This document shows, piece after piece, positions 26,561-26,981 of a stretch of 26,981 bases of DNA; the first letter of the stretch is position 1, and each line of letters opens with the position of its first letter. This stretch comes from a virus (lineage: Duplodnaviria; Caudoviricetes). The position numbers were made by a program, and so were the translations under genes. The notes under the pieces are model-generated. The model was not told the DNA's origin and searched no databases. It saw only the letters and a program-made list of their open reading frames with translations. Location of the stretch: the IMG/VR virus record IMGVR_UViG_3300032225_000504, positions 1 to 26,981 of that record. The stretch is one strand, 5' to 3'.

Positions 26561-26640
26561 GCAGTTGCGCATTTGCTTCTCCTTGGGGGTTTTCAGTGAT
26601 CCCCCTTCAAGCCCCCGGTGCAAAGCCGGGGGCTTTTTTT
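26548..26640 (+). ncRNA. Candidate ~93-nt small RNA with anti-SD/anti-AUG segment
   Basis: Bounded by the plus-strand promoter and terminator; no ATG-initiated ORF; contains CAUUUGCUUCUCCUU followed by a GGGGG/CCCCC hairpin. Confidence 0.55.
26609..26640 (+). terminator. Strong Rho-independent terminator on the plus strand
   Basis: AAGCCCCCGG-TGCAAAG-CCGGGGGCTT with a T7 tract (26634-40). Confidence 0.85.
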
Positions 26641-26902
26641 ATTTGCTTCTGTCTAAGTTTTGACAAATGTGCTGTGCTGAATTTTTTATAGGGGGTGGGG
26701 GTTGCTTAAAAATTAAGCACCCGGGGGTGTTGCAAAAGTAACTGGGTTTTCCAAAACTGCGTGGCGTTGGTGTGGAATAGTGTTCTTGTCGGGACGGCGG
26801 AGTCCCTTCGAGGCTTTGGGGGGTCGGGGTACGGTGGGGTCAGCCTATCCCCAGAAGTGCCGTCAACCCCCTGATTTTCACCCCCATTCGTACAGTAGAG
26901 GC

Positions 26903-26950
26903 ATCGGTTAGGGGATTGGCCTCTAGCCGATACGGGGGAACTGTTCCCCC
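26903..26950 (+). promoter_or_regulatory. Two-hairpin 5' leader of the divergent gene
   Basis: ATCGGTTAGGGG/CCTCTAGCCGAT (12 bp, 2 G-U) and GGGGGAA/TTCCCCC, lying between a TACAGT -10-like hexamer and the SD CAGGAG. Confidence 0.5.
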
Positions 26951-26967
26951 ACTCAGGAGAAACTTCC

Positions 26968-26981
26968 ATGTCAGTAGCATC
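26968..26981 (+). CDS. Start of a divergent (probably early-region) gene, truncated
   Basis: CAGGAG-N8-ATG TCA GTA GCA; only four codons visible. Confidence 0.45.

Noticed and set aside
26706-26969. 87-aa minus-strand ORF
   Set aside because: Runs through G/C tracts and hairpins and has no SD; a regulatory reading fits better.
1-26981. tRNA genes, integrase, prohead protease, tape measure or sheath genes, stop-codon reassignment
   Set aside because: None recognisable; genes tile the strand under the standard code, using TAA, TGA and TAG stops.

Overview
The window is the morphogenesis arm of a tailed dsDNA phage with a podovirus-like gene set, resembling uncultured aquatic phages; the host cannot be determined from this sequence. 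Every complete gene is on the minus strand. From right to left: terminase small and large subunits, P22-like portal with a Gln-rich tail, GroES-like co-chaperonin, scaffold, two head-associated proteins, Mu gpT-like major capsid protein, a free-standing HNH gene, a structured RNA leader, two Thr/Gly-rich virion proteins, a GT-A glycosyltransferase, a cluster of eight mostly small Lys/Gly-rich proteins sharing short motifs, head-tail adaptors, repeat-rich fibre/receptor-binding proteins, a lysis cassette and a truncated tail protein. The most interesting unannotated signals are: (1) a bidirectional promoter with a palindromic -10 that drives terS one way and a ~93-nt terminator-ended RNA carrying anti-SD/anti-AUG sequence the other way; (2) a promoter-proximal kissing-hairpin/double-pseudoknot RNA abutting an RBS, probably the Mu-gpT-DE motif; (3) basic micro-proteins sharing A[DN]GIAx[KR]GKT and hydrophobic-x-x-GG motifs, the latter also in the portal tail; (4) a glycosyltransferase inside the virion operon. 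All family assignments come from motif recognition, not database searches.
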